A stretch of DNA of 60,812 nucleotides, the filler included. It is 6 parts of 6 records of this genome, joined end to end, with 100 filler letters (N's around TTAATTAATTAA, not from the genome) between each part and the next. Parts side by side here need not be neighbours in the genome. Positions count along the whole stretch, not along the records: positions 17,319 to 32,897 come from SRR2962707_4965; positions 32,998 to 38,457 come from SRR2962707_4966; 4 more parts are not named here. The stretch is one strand, 5' to 3'. Below are positions 28,357-38,557 of this stretch, piece after piece (the first letter of the stretch is position 1; the number at the start of each line of letters is the position of its first letter). Both the position numbers and the translations under genes were made by a program. The notes beneath the pieces are model-generated. The model searched no databases. It had not been told where the DNA came from and worked only from the letters and a program-made list of their open reading frames with translations.

Positions 28357-29850
28357 ATGGAAATGCTTGAACAAGGCAAGATCGACGCCCTCCGGGCGCA
28401 GCCTGTGCCGGCGTTCTCCCACCTGATCGACGGGCGGCATGTTGCGGCCTCCAACGGGGCCACGATGGACATCATTTCACCGATTGACGGGAAGGTCCTG
28501 ACGACAGCAGCACGGGGCACGGCGGCAGACATGGAGGCAGCGATCGCCGCGGCAAGGGCTGCGTTCGAGGATCGACGCTGGGCCGGGCAACCGCCGTCCG
28601 CCCGCAAGAAAGTCCTGATGAAATGGGCCGATCTGATCGAGGCCAACGCGCTGGAACTTGCCGTGCTCGGCGTGCGCGACAACGGGACCGAGATCGGTAT
28701 GGCGATCAAGGCGGAACCCGCCTCTGCCGCCGCGACGATCCGCTATTATGCCGAGGCGCTGGACAAGATCTACGGGGAAATCGCGCCGACCCAATCGGAC
28801 GTTCTGGGGCTGATTCACAAGGAACCCGTGGGGGTCGTGGGGGCGATCATTCCGTGGAACTTCCCGATGATGATCGGTGCGTGGAAGCTCGGTCCCGCCC
28901 TGGCGATGGGCAATTCGGTGATCTTGAAGCCTGCCGAGACGGCGTCCTTGTCCCTCATGCGGATGGCCGACCTGGCTCTCGAGGCCGGGCTGCCACCGGG
29001 CGTCCTCAACGCGGTAACGGGCGAAGGGGCAGTCGTGGGCGAAGCGATGGGCCTCTCGATGGACCTGGACGTGCTGGTATTTACCGGGTCAGGCGGCACG
29101 GGGCGACGGTTGATGGAGTATTCGGCCCGCTCGAACATGAAGCGCGTTTATCTGGAACTGGGCGGAAAATCGCCCAATATTGTTTTTGCCGACGCGCCCA
29201 ACCTGGCAGAGGCCGCCAAGGTGACTGCAGCCGGAATATTCCGCAATGCGGGCCAGGTCTGCGTCGCAGGCTCCCGGCTGCTGGTCGAGGCATCGATCCA
29301 CGACGAATTCGTCGCCGCAGTAACCAGGGCAGCCGAGGCCATGCGCGTCGGTGACCCGCTGAAGACCGACACGCAGATCGGTGCGGTGAATTCCGAGGCG
29401 CAGCTGACGCAGAATTTGAAGTTCGTTGAAACGGCACAGGCTGAAGGCGGCCAGATCGTCACCGGCGGGACGCGCATCCTGCAAGACAGCGGCGGCTGTT
29501 ACATGGCTCCAACCATCGTGACGGACGTGACGCCCGAAGCGACCCTGGCGCAAAAAGAAGTTTTTGGCCCGGTCCTTGGCGTCACTTCGTTCCGCACTGA
29601 CGACGACGCCGTGAGGATTGCCAATGCCACCGTTTACGGCCTGGCAGGCGGCGTCTGGACATCGAACCTCGGGCGCGCACACCGGATGGTCCGCGACGTA
29701 AGGACAGGTGTCATGCACGTAAACACCTATGGCGGCGCCGATGGAACCGTTCCGCTGGGTGGCGTTGGCCAGTCGGGGAACGGGGTCGACAAGTCACTGC
29801 ATGCGATCGAGAAGTACATCAACCTCAAGACCGCCTGGATCAGGCTATGA
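28357..29850 (+). CDS. Aldehyde dehydrogenase (PuuC/aryl-acetaldehyde-like)
   Basis: IPWNFP, FTGS, ELGGKSP, GQVC, EVFGP. Confidence 0.94.
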   Translation: MEMLEQGKIDALRAQPVPAFSHLIDGRHVAASNGATMDIISPIDGKVLTTAARGTAADMEAAIAAARAAFEDRRWAGQPPSARKKVLMKWADLIEANALELAVLGVRDNGTEIGMAIKAEPASAAATIRYYAEALDKIYGEIAPTQSDVLGLIHKEPVGVVGAIIPWNFPMMIGAWKLGPALAMGNSVILKPAETASLSLMRMADLALEAGLPPGVLNAVTGEGAVVGEAMGLSMDLDVLVFTGSGGTGRRLMEYSARSNMKRVYLELGGKSPNIVFADAPNLAEAAKVTAAGIFRNAGQVCVAGSRLLVEASIHDEFVAAVTRAAEAMRVGDPLKTDTQIGAVNSEAQLTQNLKFVETAQAEGGQIVTGGTRILQDSGGCYMAPTIVTDVTPEATLAQKEVFGPVLGVTSFRTDDDAVRIANATVYGLAGGVWTSNLGRAHRMVRDVRTGVMHVNTYGGADGTVPLGGVGQSGNGVDKSLHAIEKYINLKTAWIRL

Positions 29851-31079
29851 GCGCCAAGACCATACTGGTGATCGGCACCTATGACACAAAGAACGACGAG
29901 CTGAGCTTTCTCGCGGGTGTGATCCGGGATCAGGGCGGCAAGGTGCTGACGATGGACGTGTCCGTTCTGGGTGACCCGCAGCAGCCGGCCGACTATTCCA
30001 AGCATGTCGTGGCGGAGGAAGGCGGAAGTTCCATTGCCGCTGCGATCGCGTCGGGCGAAGAAAACGATGCCATGCAAATCATGGCCGCGGGGGCTTCGCG
30101 CTTGACAGCGCGGCTCTATCTCGAGGGCAAGTTCGACGGTATGATCGTGCTCGGTGGCACCATGGGCACCGATCTGGCACTGGACGTGACGACGGCTCTA
30201 CCGCTGGGCGTGCCCAAATATATCGTGTCGACCGTGGCCTATTCACCGCTGCTACCGGGCGCAAGGATGGCCGCAGATACGCAGATGATCCTGTGGGCCG
30301 GGGGGCTTTTCGGGATGAACTCGGTCTGCAAGGCGACGCTCAGCCAGGCGGCGGGCGCCGTTTTGGGCGCTGCCAAAGCCGTCATTCCACCCGATTTTGG
30401 CAAACCGCTTATCGGGATGACTTCGCTGGGAACATCGGCGCTGAAATACATGGTGACGCTGAAGCCTGCGCTGGAGGAGCGCGGCTACGAGGTCGTTGTC
30501 TTTCACGCCACAGGCATGGGCGGCCGGGCATTCGAAACCCTCGCAGCACAGGGCGCGTTTGCCTGCGTGTTCGACTTCTGCACCCAGGAGCTTGGCAATC
30601 ACATCAACGGATCAAGCGTGACGGCGGGAGAAAGCCGGTTGACGGCCGCCGGGCTCAACGCAACGCCACAGCTTGTCGCGCCGGGCTGTTACGATCTTGT
30701 CGATATCGTTGGCTGGGAGCCGGTCCCCGAGAAATGGGCAAACCATCAGAAAAGACCGCATAACCGGCTGTTGCTGAACATCATCCTGAACGCGGACGAA
30801 AGAATAGAGGTTGCGCATGCCCACGCGCAGCAACTTGCAGTTGCCAAGGGGCCCACTGCGCTGCTGCTTCCCGAGCGCGGCCTGGGCGAATGGGACAGGG
30901 AAGGCGCCGAACTGCACGACATGGCGGGGCTAACCGGGTTCCTGCACGCCCTTGAGGCCGCGTGCCCGCCGAATGTGACCCTTCACCGCGTCGATTGCCA
31001 CATCAACGACGCGGAATTTACAGACAAGGCACTGGAGATCTTCGATGGGTGGCGCGCCGATGGCCGCGTCGCGGGCTAG
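29847..31079 (+). CDS. Tm-1-like ATP-binding domain protein (UPF0261)
   Basis: GTYDTK, LPLGVPK.IVST, VFHATGMGG, HIND. Confidence 0.88.
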   Translation: MSAKTILVIGTYDTKNDELSFLAGVIRDQGGKVLTMDVSVLGDPQQPADYSKHVVAEEGGSSIAAAIASGEENDAMQIMAAGASRLTARLYLEGKFDGMIVLGGTMGTDLALDVTTALPLGVPKYIVSTVAYSPLLPGARMAADTQMILWAGGLFGMNSVCKATLSQAAGAVLGAAKAVIPPDFGKPLIGMTSLGTSALKYMVTLKPALEERGYEVVVFHATGMGGRAFETLAAQGAFACVFDFCTQELGNHINGSSVTAGESRLTAAGLNATPQLVAPGCYDLVDIVGWEPVPEKWANHQKRPHNRLLLNIILNADERIEVAHAHAQQLAVAKGPTALLLPERGLGEWDREGAELHDMAGLTGFLHALEAACPPNVTLHRVDCHINDAEFTDKALEIFDGWRADGRVAG

Positions 31080-31513
31080 TCCGTGGAGCCGGGATCGAGA
31101 AGCGCCAACAAGTCCAGCAGCGTTTCATATTTGTCTTCGCCCAGCGTGGCCTTGAACCCCTCGACGATGCGCGCCGCCTCATCCATTCGGTCGTCGATGA
31201 TCCTTTGGCCCTGGGCCGTGATTTCGATGAATTGGCGCCGCCGGTCAACGTCGTCGCGGGTCTGGGTGATCAGGCCCTTGTCGCGCAGGGTTGCCGCGAT
31301 CCGCGTGAGACTGGGAAACAGAAGGCTGGAGCGGTCGGCCAACGTCTTGGTGTCGAGCCGGCCATGTTCGGCCAATACCCGCAAGACGCGCCATTGCTGC
31401 TCGGTGATCCCCGTTTCGGCCAGCATGTCGCGGATAGGCGCCATCACACCTTCACGGGCGCGGATCAACGCGATGGGAAGCGAGCGGGTCGTGGAAGGGA
31501 GTCTGGACGTCAT
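31076..31513 (-). CDS. hpaR: Homoprotocatechuate operon repressor, MarR family
   Basis: RSLPIALIRAREGVM, TEQQWRVLR, PSLTRI; divergent from hpa genes. Confidence 0.9.
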   Translation of the reverse strand: MTSRLPSTTRSLPIALIRAREGVMAPIRDMLAETGITEQQWRVLRVLAEHGRLDTKTLADRSSLLFPSLTRIAATLRDKGLITQTRDDVDRRRQFIEITAQGQRIIDDRMDEAARIVEGFKATLGEDKYETLLDLLALLDPGSTD

Positions 31514-31584
31514 GGGGACCTCGGAAGCTTCTTGATCGGCAAGTGCACTGTGAACCCGGTCTTGACAACACAGCATTAAATTAT

Positions 31585-31611
31585 TTAACTCGTCAATAAT
31601 TAACATGTTAA
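31585..31611. promoter_or_regulatory. Candidate tandem HpaR operators
   Basis: Perfect palindrome TTAACATGTTAA (31600-31611) and variant TTAACTCGTCAA (31585-31596); TTGACA at 31562. Confidence 0.65.
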
Positions 31612-31620
31612 GGAATTGAC

Positions 31621-32010
31621 ATGCCGCACTTCCATATCGAGTATTCGGCCAACCTCGAAGGTGAGGTGGACATGGGTGCCTTGTGCCAGGCCATCCGCGC
31701 AGAGGCTGCCGAGATCGCGACCTTCCCGACAGCAGGTATTCGCGTTCGGGCGGTCTGCGTCGATCACGTCGCGATGGCCGATGGAACCCCCAGGCATGGA
31801 TTCATCGACCTGTCCATCCGCTTGCGCGAGGGCCGTCCGGATGACGTTAAAAAAGACGCCCTCACCCGTGTCTTTGCGGCACTCAAAGATTTCACGGCGC
31901 CGGCGATGCGGACCCGGTCCATCGCCCTCTCCGCAGAGATGCGGGACATCAATGCCGACCTTTCCCTGAAATTCGGGAATGTCCGCGACCATTTGGAGGA
32001 CATCGCATGA
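31621..32010 (+). CDS. hpaF: 5-carboxymethyl-2-hydroxymuconate isomerase
   Basis: Pro-1 tautomerase start MPHFHIEYSANL, GIRVRA, GR. Confidence 0.9.
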   Translation: MPHFHIEYSANLEGEVDMGALCQAIRAEAAEIATFPTAGIRVRAVCVDHVAMADGTPRHGFIDLSIRLREGRPDDVKKDALTRVFAALKDFTAPAMRTRSIALSAEMRDINADLSLKFGNVRDHLEDIA

Positions 32011-32897
32011 GCGTGCTCGACGACAATATTGCCAGCCTGAACGGCTATCTGGAGCGTTTCCGCAAGACGGGCATCCTGAACAGGATCGGCGGTGTGGACG
32101 CGGCTGGCGGAGCAGGACGGTTTCAGACGATCTCTCCAGTGGACAAGAGCATTATCTGCGACGTGGCCCACGGCACAGCAGACGATATAGATGCCGCCGC
32201 CAAAGCTGCGCACAAGGCTTTCGTCGTGTGGCGCGACATGCCTGCGCTGGAACGCAAGAAAATCCTTATCAGGGTGGCCGAAGGGATTGAGGCGCGTGCC
32301 GAGGAAATCGCACTCTGCGAATGCTGGGATACCGGCCAGGCGTACAAATTCATGTCCAAGGCCGCGTTGCGTGGCGCGGAGAACTTCCGCTATTTCGCAG
32401 ATCAGGTTGTACAGGCCCGCGACGGCCGCCACTTGAAATCCCCCACGTTAATGAACGTCACCACCCGCGTGCCGATTGGCCCGGTGGGCGTTATCACCCC
32501 GTGGAATACCCCTTTCATGCTGTCCACCTGGAAGATCGCGCCCGCGCTCGCCGCCGGGTGCACGGTGGTCCACAAGCCCGCCGAGGCATCCCCTTTGACG
32601 GCGCGCCTCTTGGTTGAGATTGCCGAGGAAGCAGGTCTGCCGCCCGGTGTGCTCAATACCGTCAACGGCTTTGGCGAAGGTGCCGGCAAAGCGCTCTGCG
32701 AGCATCCGCTCATCAAGGCAATCGCCTTCGTCGGCGAAAGCCGCACGGGAAGCCTGATCACCAAACAAGGCGCCGACACGCTCAAGCGCAACCACCTTGA
32801 GTTGGGTGGAAAGAACCCGGTTATCGTCTTTGACGACGCTGATCTGGATCGCGCGCTCGATGCGGTAATCTTTATGATTTACTCGATCAATGGCGAA
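32007..32897 (+). CDS. hpaE: 5-carboxymethyl-2-hydroxymuconate semialdehyde dehydrogenase (3' truncated)
   Basis: TPWNTPFMLSTWK, ELGGKNP, YSINGE; hpa context. Confidence 0.9.
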
Positions 32898-32997
32898 NNN
32901 NNNNNNNNNNNNNNNNNNNNNNNNNNNNNNNNNNNNNNNNNTTAATTAATTAANNNNNNNNNNNNNNNNNNNNNNNNNNNNNNNNNNNNNNNNNNNN
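32898..32997. other. Artificial contig spacer
   Basis: N run with TTAATTAATTAA linker. Confidence 0.99.
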
Positions 32998-32998
32998 G

Positions 32999-33415
32999 GA
33001 AGAAGGGTGGTATTACAAAGGCATGAAACACCGCCGCTGGGTCCGCTTCAATCGGCACGATATTCTCCAGGACAAGACGTATTGGTGGAAGGGCTGGCCA
33101 CAGGAATCAAGAATGGCCTATTATGATTTCAAAAAAACGCAGCTGAAAGAAGTAATCCCTGTTCATTACGGGGAGAAAAACGGCGAATATTGGGCCTTTC
33201 ATGAGGATGGATCCATCGCAGTAATCGGTGAGTACAAATTCAATCACAAGGTTGGACTATGGAAAGAGTACTACGATGATCGCCGATTAAAGAGAGAAGT
33301 GATGTATTCGGAAGATCCATTTGATTTCAAATTTAATCCCTACATCGTAAGGGAGTGGGATCAGAAAGGAACCCTGATATATGACAGGGCTAAATTCCTT
33401 AAGAGCCAGAATTAA
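32999..33415 (+). CDS. MORN-variant repeat (YwqK-like) protein, C-terminal part
   Basis: GEKNGEYWAFHEDG, KVGLWKEYYD repeats; open from contig start. Confidence 0.7.
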   Translation, partial: EEGWYYKGMKHRRWVRFNRHDILQDKTYWWKGWPQESRMAYYDFKKTQLKEVIPVHYGEKNGEYWAFHEDGSIAVIGEYKFNHKVGLWKEYYDDRRLKREVMYSEDPFDFKFNPYIVREWDQKGTLIYDRAKFLKSQN

Positions 33416-33870
33416 AGCGCAAGTTCCATTTGTACATTGCACCTTGAGTAAGGTGTAGGGTGACCACTGGTATCCTGAAACCCCAATTTTCTGTACAAGG
33501 CTATGGCTGGAGCTAACACTGAATTGGTTTCCAGGTAAACCATATTCGCGCCAATTTCCCTTGCTTTTTCAATGGTTGCCTCACCAAGCTTCCAACCAAT
33601 TTTCTGTCCCTGGGCCTTGGAGGACACAGCCATTTTTGCGAGCTCATAAGTACCCTCTTTTTCCATCTTGATCAAAGCACATGTTCCAACCGGTTCATCA
33701 TTCAGCAAGGCAATGAGTATGGCGCCTCCTTTGTTCAGGATGTAACCCTCAGGATCTTCCAACATTTTGCGATCGGATTCCTCTATTTCGAAATACTGGC
33801 TTATCCATTCGTAATTCAATGATTTGAAGGCTTCTGCATAAGAAGGGTTGTAATCGACAATGTTCACCAT
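33412..33870 (-). CDS. GNAT family N-acetyltransferase
   Basis: ELAKMAV...QGQKIG, LETN, ALYRKLGF. Confidence 0.92.
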   Translation of the reverse strand: MVNIVDYNPSYAEAFKSLNYEWISQYFEIEESDRKMLEDPEGYILNKGGAILIALLNDEPVGTCALIKMEKEGTYELAKMAVSSKAQGQKIGWKLGEATIEKAREIGANMVYLETNSVLAPAIALYRKLGFQDTSGHPTPYSRCNVQMELAL

Positions 33871-33872
33871 AG

Positions 33873-34871
33873 TTATTGATAGCTATAAAAAAGACTCATT
33901 ACCATGACCATCAACGCTAATGTGGCAACTTGGATTCCAATAAACCATGAAATAATCAGATAAACAGTTAGCCACCAAATAGGAAAAAGGAACAATCCAA
34001 TGGCAAACTTGAATGACGAATGAAAAACAATGTCATCAAAACGTGCCAACACTGTGCTGATGGCTAAATATGGAATTGGGTTAAAAACGCGGGCAACCCA
34101 ATGCTTCTTTCTTCTTTTCGGCTTATGTTGATCACTTGTAGGTAAAGTCCTTAACTCAGATAGATTAAGAGCAGAATGTTCTTCATTGAACACCGATCTT
34201 TTCCTGTCTTCATAGTCCGGGCCATCCTCCGGAATGGCCAATGTACCCTTCATTCCCTCCGAGATGGCCTCTCTCATCGCTATTAAGCCTTTCGCCTGGT
34301 GCTGTTGATAGCTTTTGATGTAGCCTTTCACTGAAATGGGTTTCCCGAATACAATTCTCACAGTCGAGCGGGGCTCCTGATGACTGAAGTAGTTGAGACC
34401 AACCGGTAACACCATTAATTCCTCGTCCATAGCCAACTGTGAAAGGATGGCTATCCTGGCGGCACCTTTGGTCAGCGGTCGGAGATAATGATGTTCCCCG
34501 TGATTGCCCTCGGCAAAAATCAGAACTGACTTCTTATCCTTGAATAACTGCTCACACGTCTGGAATACTCCGTCATTCAATGACAGTTTCTGGTAGCCAT
34601 CCCTAATTCGATATATAGGCATCATATGCAGCAACTTCATGATAGGTCTGCTCCACCATTTGAAAATATCAGAGCGAGCAAGAAAATGCAGAGGTATGGG
34701 AATAAATGCCCCTACCAGTAATGGATCCAGAAATGCATTTTGATGATTTGGGGTAACTAGTAGCGGGGTGTTTTTAGGGACATTTTCCAGTCCTTCAACT
34801 CTGACCCTCCTAAAATAAATCTGAAGTGTGAGCTTCATGAATATTTTGAAAGAGGCGAAGAAGGAAAACAT
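33873..34871 (-). CDS. PlsC-type glycerolipid acyltransferase
   Basis: NHQNAFLD, FLAR, FAEG motifs; start may be a few codons downstream. Confidence 0.9.
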   Translation of the reverse strand: MFSFFASFKIFMKLTLQIYFRRVRVEGLENVPKNTPLLVTPNHQNAFLDPLLVGAFIPIPLHFLARSDIFKWWSRPIMKLLHMMPIYRIRDGYQKLSLNDGVFQTCEQLFKDKKSVLIFAEGNHGEHHYLRPLTKGAARIAILSQLAMDEELMVLPVGLNYFSHQEPRSTVRIVFGKPISVKGYIKSYQQHQAKGLIAMREAISEGMKGTLAIPEDGPDYEDRKRSVFNEEHSALNLSELRTLPTSDQHKPKRRKKHWVARVFNPIPYLAISTVLARFDDIVFHSSFKFAIGLFLFPIWWLTVYLIISWFIGIQVATLALMVMVMSLFYSYQ

Positions 34872-36166
34872 TAGACCAGCTCTTCTGTATTAATCCTGGT
34901 CAACTTCACTTTGTCAATCCTGTTTTCTTCCATGGTGAAAATGGTGATGATATACGGAGGAATTTCAATCACTTCGTTTACCTCCGGGATGTCTTCATGA
35001 AACTCGAATATCAGCCCACCCAGCGTGTCATATTCACCTTCAGGAAGACCAATGTTGTATTTGTCGTTGAGGTAGTCGATCTCATGTCGAGCACTAAAAA
35101 TGTAATTGTGTTCATCCAGCTGCTGCTCCGTGAGGTATTCATCATCGTGTTCATCGCGAATCTCACCAAAAATTTCTTCGATCACGTCTTCAATACTTAC
35201 CAAGCCTGAGGTACCACCATATTCATCAACCACCAACGCCAGACTCTTGTGTTCGGTGATGAATTGAATCAGCAGCTCATTGGCAAGCATGGTTTCCGGT
35301 ACAATCAAGATTGGTGTGAGAATGGATTTGATGTCAGCAGGCTTCTTGAATAGCTCCAATGCATGACAATACCCGATGACCTCATCAATGGATTCCTTAT
35401 ATACAAGAATTTTTGAATGTCCACTTTCATCAAACAAATCACGCAACTCTGCAATGCTGTCTTTCTCATCCACCGCAACAATCTCCGTCCGAGGGATCAT
35501 GCACTCTCGAACTTTGATGGTTTTAAATTCGATAGCGTTGTTAAAAATCTTCGCATCGATTTCAGCCTCCTCCTCGTCTTTGATGTTCAGGATGTTGTTT
35601 TTGATGTAATTGTTGAGATCCGTCAGACCAAATACCGGCTTCTCATCAGAGAGCTTGTAGCCAAACAATAAGATGAAAAGCGCAGACAGCTTCACCACCA
35701 GGAAAACAACAGGAAACATGGCCAGGTACACAACTCCCATGGGGATAGCGAAGAGTCGCAGGGAAAAATCCGGATTGATCAGGAACAGGCTCTTCGGTAG
35801 AAACTCTGCGGTAATCAACACCAGCGCAGTTGATATAATCGATTGAATGACCAGAACCAATACATCTGTAATCATTGGTTCCGGAAGGAACATTTGCAAT
35901 GTTGAAAGGACCCCAGGTTCCAGCAAACCAGCCATGAAGATGCCATAAAGTACCAATGCGATGTTGTTTCCGACTAGCATAGTCGCCAAAAACTGCGATT
36001 GATTACCCGAAAAAATACCCAGAATTCTTCCGGTCCAGTTACCCTTCTTTCTCAATACCTCGATATGAAGTTTATCTCCTGAAACAAAGGCGATCTCCAT
36101 TCCAGAAAAAAAAGCCGAAAACAATAAACAGAGTAGAATTATCAAATAGGGGAGCGGATCATCCAT
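34871..36166 (-). CDS. HlyC/CorC (CNNM-CBS-CorC) hemolysin-family transporter
   Basis: SAFFSGMEIAF, EFLPK, MIPRTEI, VVDEYGGTSG, YDTLGG. Confidence 0.93.
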   Translation of the reverse strand: MDDPLPYLIILLCLLFSAFFSGMEIAFVSGDKLHIEVLRKKGNWTGRILGIFSGNQSQFLATMLVGNNIALVLYGIFMAGLLEPGVLSTLQMFLPEPMITDVLVLVIQSIISTALVLITAEFLPKSLFLINPDFSLRLFAIPMGVVYLAMFPVVFLVVKLSALFILLFGYKLSDEKPVFGLTDLNNYIKNNILNIKDEEEAEIDAKIFNNAIEFKTIKVRECMIPRTEIVAVDEKDSIAELRDLFDESGHSKILVYKESIDEVIGYCHALELFKKPADIKSILTPILIVPETMLANELLIQFITEHKSLALVVDEYGGTSGLVSIEDVIEEIFGEIRDEHDDEYLTEQQLDEHNYIFSARHEIDYLNDKYNIGLPEGEYDTLGGLIFEFHEDIPEVNEVIEIPPYIITIFTMEENRIDKVKLTRINTEELV

Positions 36167-36377
36167 TCTTTCGCTTCTTTTGAGCCTTGGGATTTTTCAC
36201 ACCGTTCGGCTGGTTTTCTTGAGTCCTTTTTTTGCGATACCCATATAAAAATAACAGCATCAGGCTAAACATAAAAATCCAATAGGACTCTGCTATGCCA
36301 ACTACGATGGCCTGATGGGTGCCAATTACAAAAAGGCAAAAAGCTAAAACAAAGAGTATGGTATCGGTTAGTTTCAT
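36159..36377 (-). CDS. Small two-TM membrane protein
   Basis: MKLTDTILF start, two hydrophobic helices, basic tail; fills the operon gap. Confidence 0.7.
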   Translation of the reverse strand: MKLTDTILFVLAFCLFVIGTHQAIVVGIAESYWIFMFSLMLLFLYGYRKKRTQENQPNGVKNPKAQKKRKNG

Positions 36378-36378
36378 G

Positions 36379-37029
36379 CTAGTTATTCTGTCCGGCTTCT
36401 CGTCTTTCCAATGGTACATCCCTTGGTGCCGGATTTTGAGGGTCATCTTCCAGACTAAACGTACCACTAGGTTTTAGAATTCGGTAGGTAGAAAAGTCCT
36501 GCTCAGCTCTTAGTCCTTCCCCGGTGTGGACTTCCCCTTCCGTTTTAATGGTCACAAATTTTTCCGTGTAATACTCTTCTTCCTTTTCATCCCAAAAAAG
36601 CTCCTCGGTATTCAGCTCATCTCCATTGTCATAGTTCTTCACAACTACATTACCCTCCGCCCGATAGAGTTTGTCTTTCTTGGTATAGTACACATAATTG
36701 GCGCGGAAGTAGGTTGTGACTTTTCCATCGTCATCAAAATACTCCACAAAAACACCTTCCGGCCACTCGGTATCCCCATTCTCAAAGTCATTCTGATGTG
36801 GGGATTCTATACGCATCACAAACTGACCGGAATCACTCAGGATCGTCTGGATGGTGTCCATGCTGGAAGTAGGCCCTTCATAGAGTGGCTGATCAATTAG
36901 CTCTTTGCGCTGATTACATGCAAATAGGATCACAGTGATCCATAAAACCAAAAAGCGACCCTGGTATACTACCAAGGTCGCATTCAATATTTTTTTGAAC
37001 CGATTCTTAATTGGCTGGTCTTCGCTCAA
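36379..37029 (-). CDS. lptC: LPS export periplasmic protein LptC (Bacteroidota type); true start likely downstream
   Basis: SDSG, GNVVV, LNTEELFWD, TGEGL beta-jellyroll pattern. Confidence 0.8.
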   Translation of the reverse strand: MSEDQPIKNRFKKILNATLVVYQGRFLVLWITVILFACNQRKELIDQPLYEGPTSSMDTIQTILSDSGQFVMRIESPHQNDFENGDTEWPEGVFVEYFDDDGKVTTYFRANYVYYTKKDKLYRAEGNVVVKNYDNGDELNTEELFWDEKEEEYYTEKFVTIKTEGEVHTGEGLRAEQDFSTYRILKPSGTFSLEDDPQNPAPRDVPLERREAGQNN

Positions 37030-38323
37030 GAGTGACGGTTGTGTTGATCCAACATCCGATTGTAATGGATTGACCTTCTTCCATTCCTGCAGTGAAAATA
37101 TCTTCTATAGAAGGAAACTGCGCCTTCGCATTGTTCATTCCGGCTGTGTTTCCGGCTCTTCGGTACTGATCATATGCAGCTATGAAAACCGCACGGTCCA
37201 TAACCTGGCTTTTCTCTTCCTTACAATCGTCAAAACTGGTCATGTACAAATCGCCAATCAACTTATATGCGTCAGAATAAGATGGATCAAAAGACAATGC
37301 TCTTCGCGCGCTGTTTCGAGCTGTAGGCTTGTCCCCTTGTCTTCTCTGAACTTGTGCGATGTTCACATACATCTCCGCTTTCTCCGTATTGTCATCAGTC
37401 AAAGAGGCAGCTTCTTTGTAGAAATCCATCGCCTTGGTGTAATCACCTTCTTTGTCATACTTGGCACCTAAAAATTTTGCTACACCATAGGTAGGTTCTT
37501 GCTCTTGAACTACTTCAGCAGCTTTAAGCGCAAGTGGTCGTTCGATACATTTTCCTTTGATCATTAAATCAAAAATTCTTTTGGCCATATTCAAATCATT
37601 GGATTGATCCAATTTTGGTCCAAATCGTTCCTCTACCATCTCGCAGCTAATCTCAATTTTAGTGGCAGCTAGAAGTCTGTCAACTGTATCAATGTATGTA
37701 ATCAGTTTTTTCCTTTCGGACTCACTTGCACCTTCTTTCTGCTTATTGAGTGTTTCAGAAACAGCTGAATAAATATCAATAACCTCATCATCAGTCAATC
37801 TCTTATAGAGATAATTCTTATAGGTCATATCCATGTAAGCAACAAGCGCTCCTTTGTTGGTTTCGTCACCATTTAGTTCAAATGCTTCTTTCAAGTAATT
37901 GAAAACATTTTCATACTGATCTTTTTCTTTTTTGTAGAAACCGTAAGAAAAAATAGCCTTACGATAAGTTATTTCTGCTTTATCCTCAGGGTAATATTTA
38001 ATCCTGGTATCATGAAGCTCGATTGCTTTATCAATGTATTCATTTTTCTTGGCTGGATTACTTTCTCTGTCAGCCAAAGCTTCATAAATATCAATTCCAT
38101 TGATATAAATGGAAGGATTCAAATCCGGTGTGTTTTCTAATAACCAGTTCAGCGGAGGTAATGCAGCTTGATAATTCTTAGCCTTTTTCGCATCCGTATA
38201 AAGTACATTCTTCTCTTTGGCAATATCTACCTGCTCGCCCCAGTTCCAGCCATTTTGCGCCAATGCGCTCATAGATATCGTTAATAAGAATGCCGTTCCG
38301 ATTATTTTAGTCAGCGTCTTCAT
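37007..38323 (-). CDS. Exported TPR protein
   Basis: Signal peptide, TPR helices, C-terminal FPSIEDIF...GCWIN. Confidence 0.8.
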   Translation of the reverse strand: MKTLTKIIGTAFLLTISMSALAQNGWNWGEQVDIAKEKNVLYTDAKKAKNYQAALPPLNWLLENTPDLNPSIYINGIDIYEALADRESNPAKKNEYIDKAIELHDTRIKYYPEDKAEITYRKAIFSYGFYKKEKDQYENVFNYLKEAFELNGDETNKGALVAYMDMTYKNYLYKRLTDDEVIDIYSAVSETLNKQKEGASESERKKLITYIDTVDRLLAATKIEISCEMVEERFGPKLDQSNDLNMAKRIFDLMIKGKCIERPLALKAAEVVQEQEPTYGVAKFLGAKYDKEGDYTKAMDFYKEAASLTDDNTEKAEMYVNIAQVQRRQGDKPTARNSARRALSFDPSYSDAYKLIGDLYMTSFDDCKEEKSQVMDRAVFIAAYDQYRRAGNTAGMNNAKAQFPSIEDIFTAGMEEGQSITIGCWINTTVTLERRPAN

Positions 38324-38336
38324 AGCATATTTTTTA

Positions 38337-38457
38337 CTAGTCATATCTTCGTTTAATGAACCACGTATCATTGATCGTTGCTCCTATAACAATCTTATAA
38401 TAGTTTTCCTTAATCAAACCATTACCAGATTCTCCAAGCTGCCCCCATTTAAAGGCT
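38337..38457 (-). CDS. C-terminus of an outer-membrane beta-barrel protein (5' truncated)
   Basis: Manual translation AFKWGQLGESGNGLIKENYYKIVIGATINDTWFIKRRYD*. Confidence 0.65.
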
Positions 38458-38557
38458 NNNNNNNNNNNNNNNNNNNNNNNNNNNNNNNNNNNNNNNNNNN
38501 NTTAATTAATTAANNNNNNNNNNNNNNNNNNNNNNNNNNNNNNNNNNNNNNNNNNNN
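38458..38557. other. Artificial contig spacer
   Basis: N run with TTAATTAATTAA linker. Confidence 0.99.

Noticed and set aside
7052-32945. Many long antisense or overlapping ORFs (e.g. 9377-10459, 10399-11571, 15564-17063, 21445-22689, 24008-25096)
   Set aside because: Shadow ORFs of GC-rich genes with no motifs
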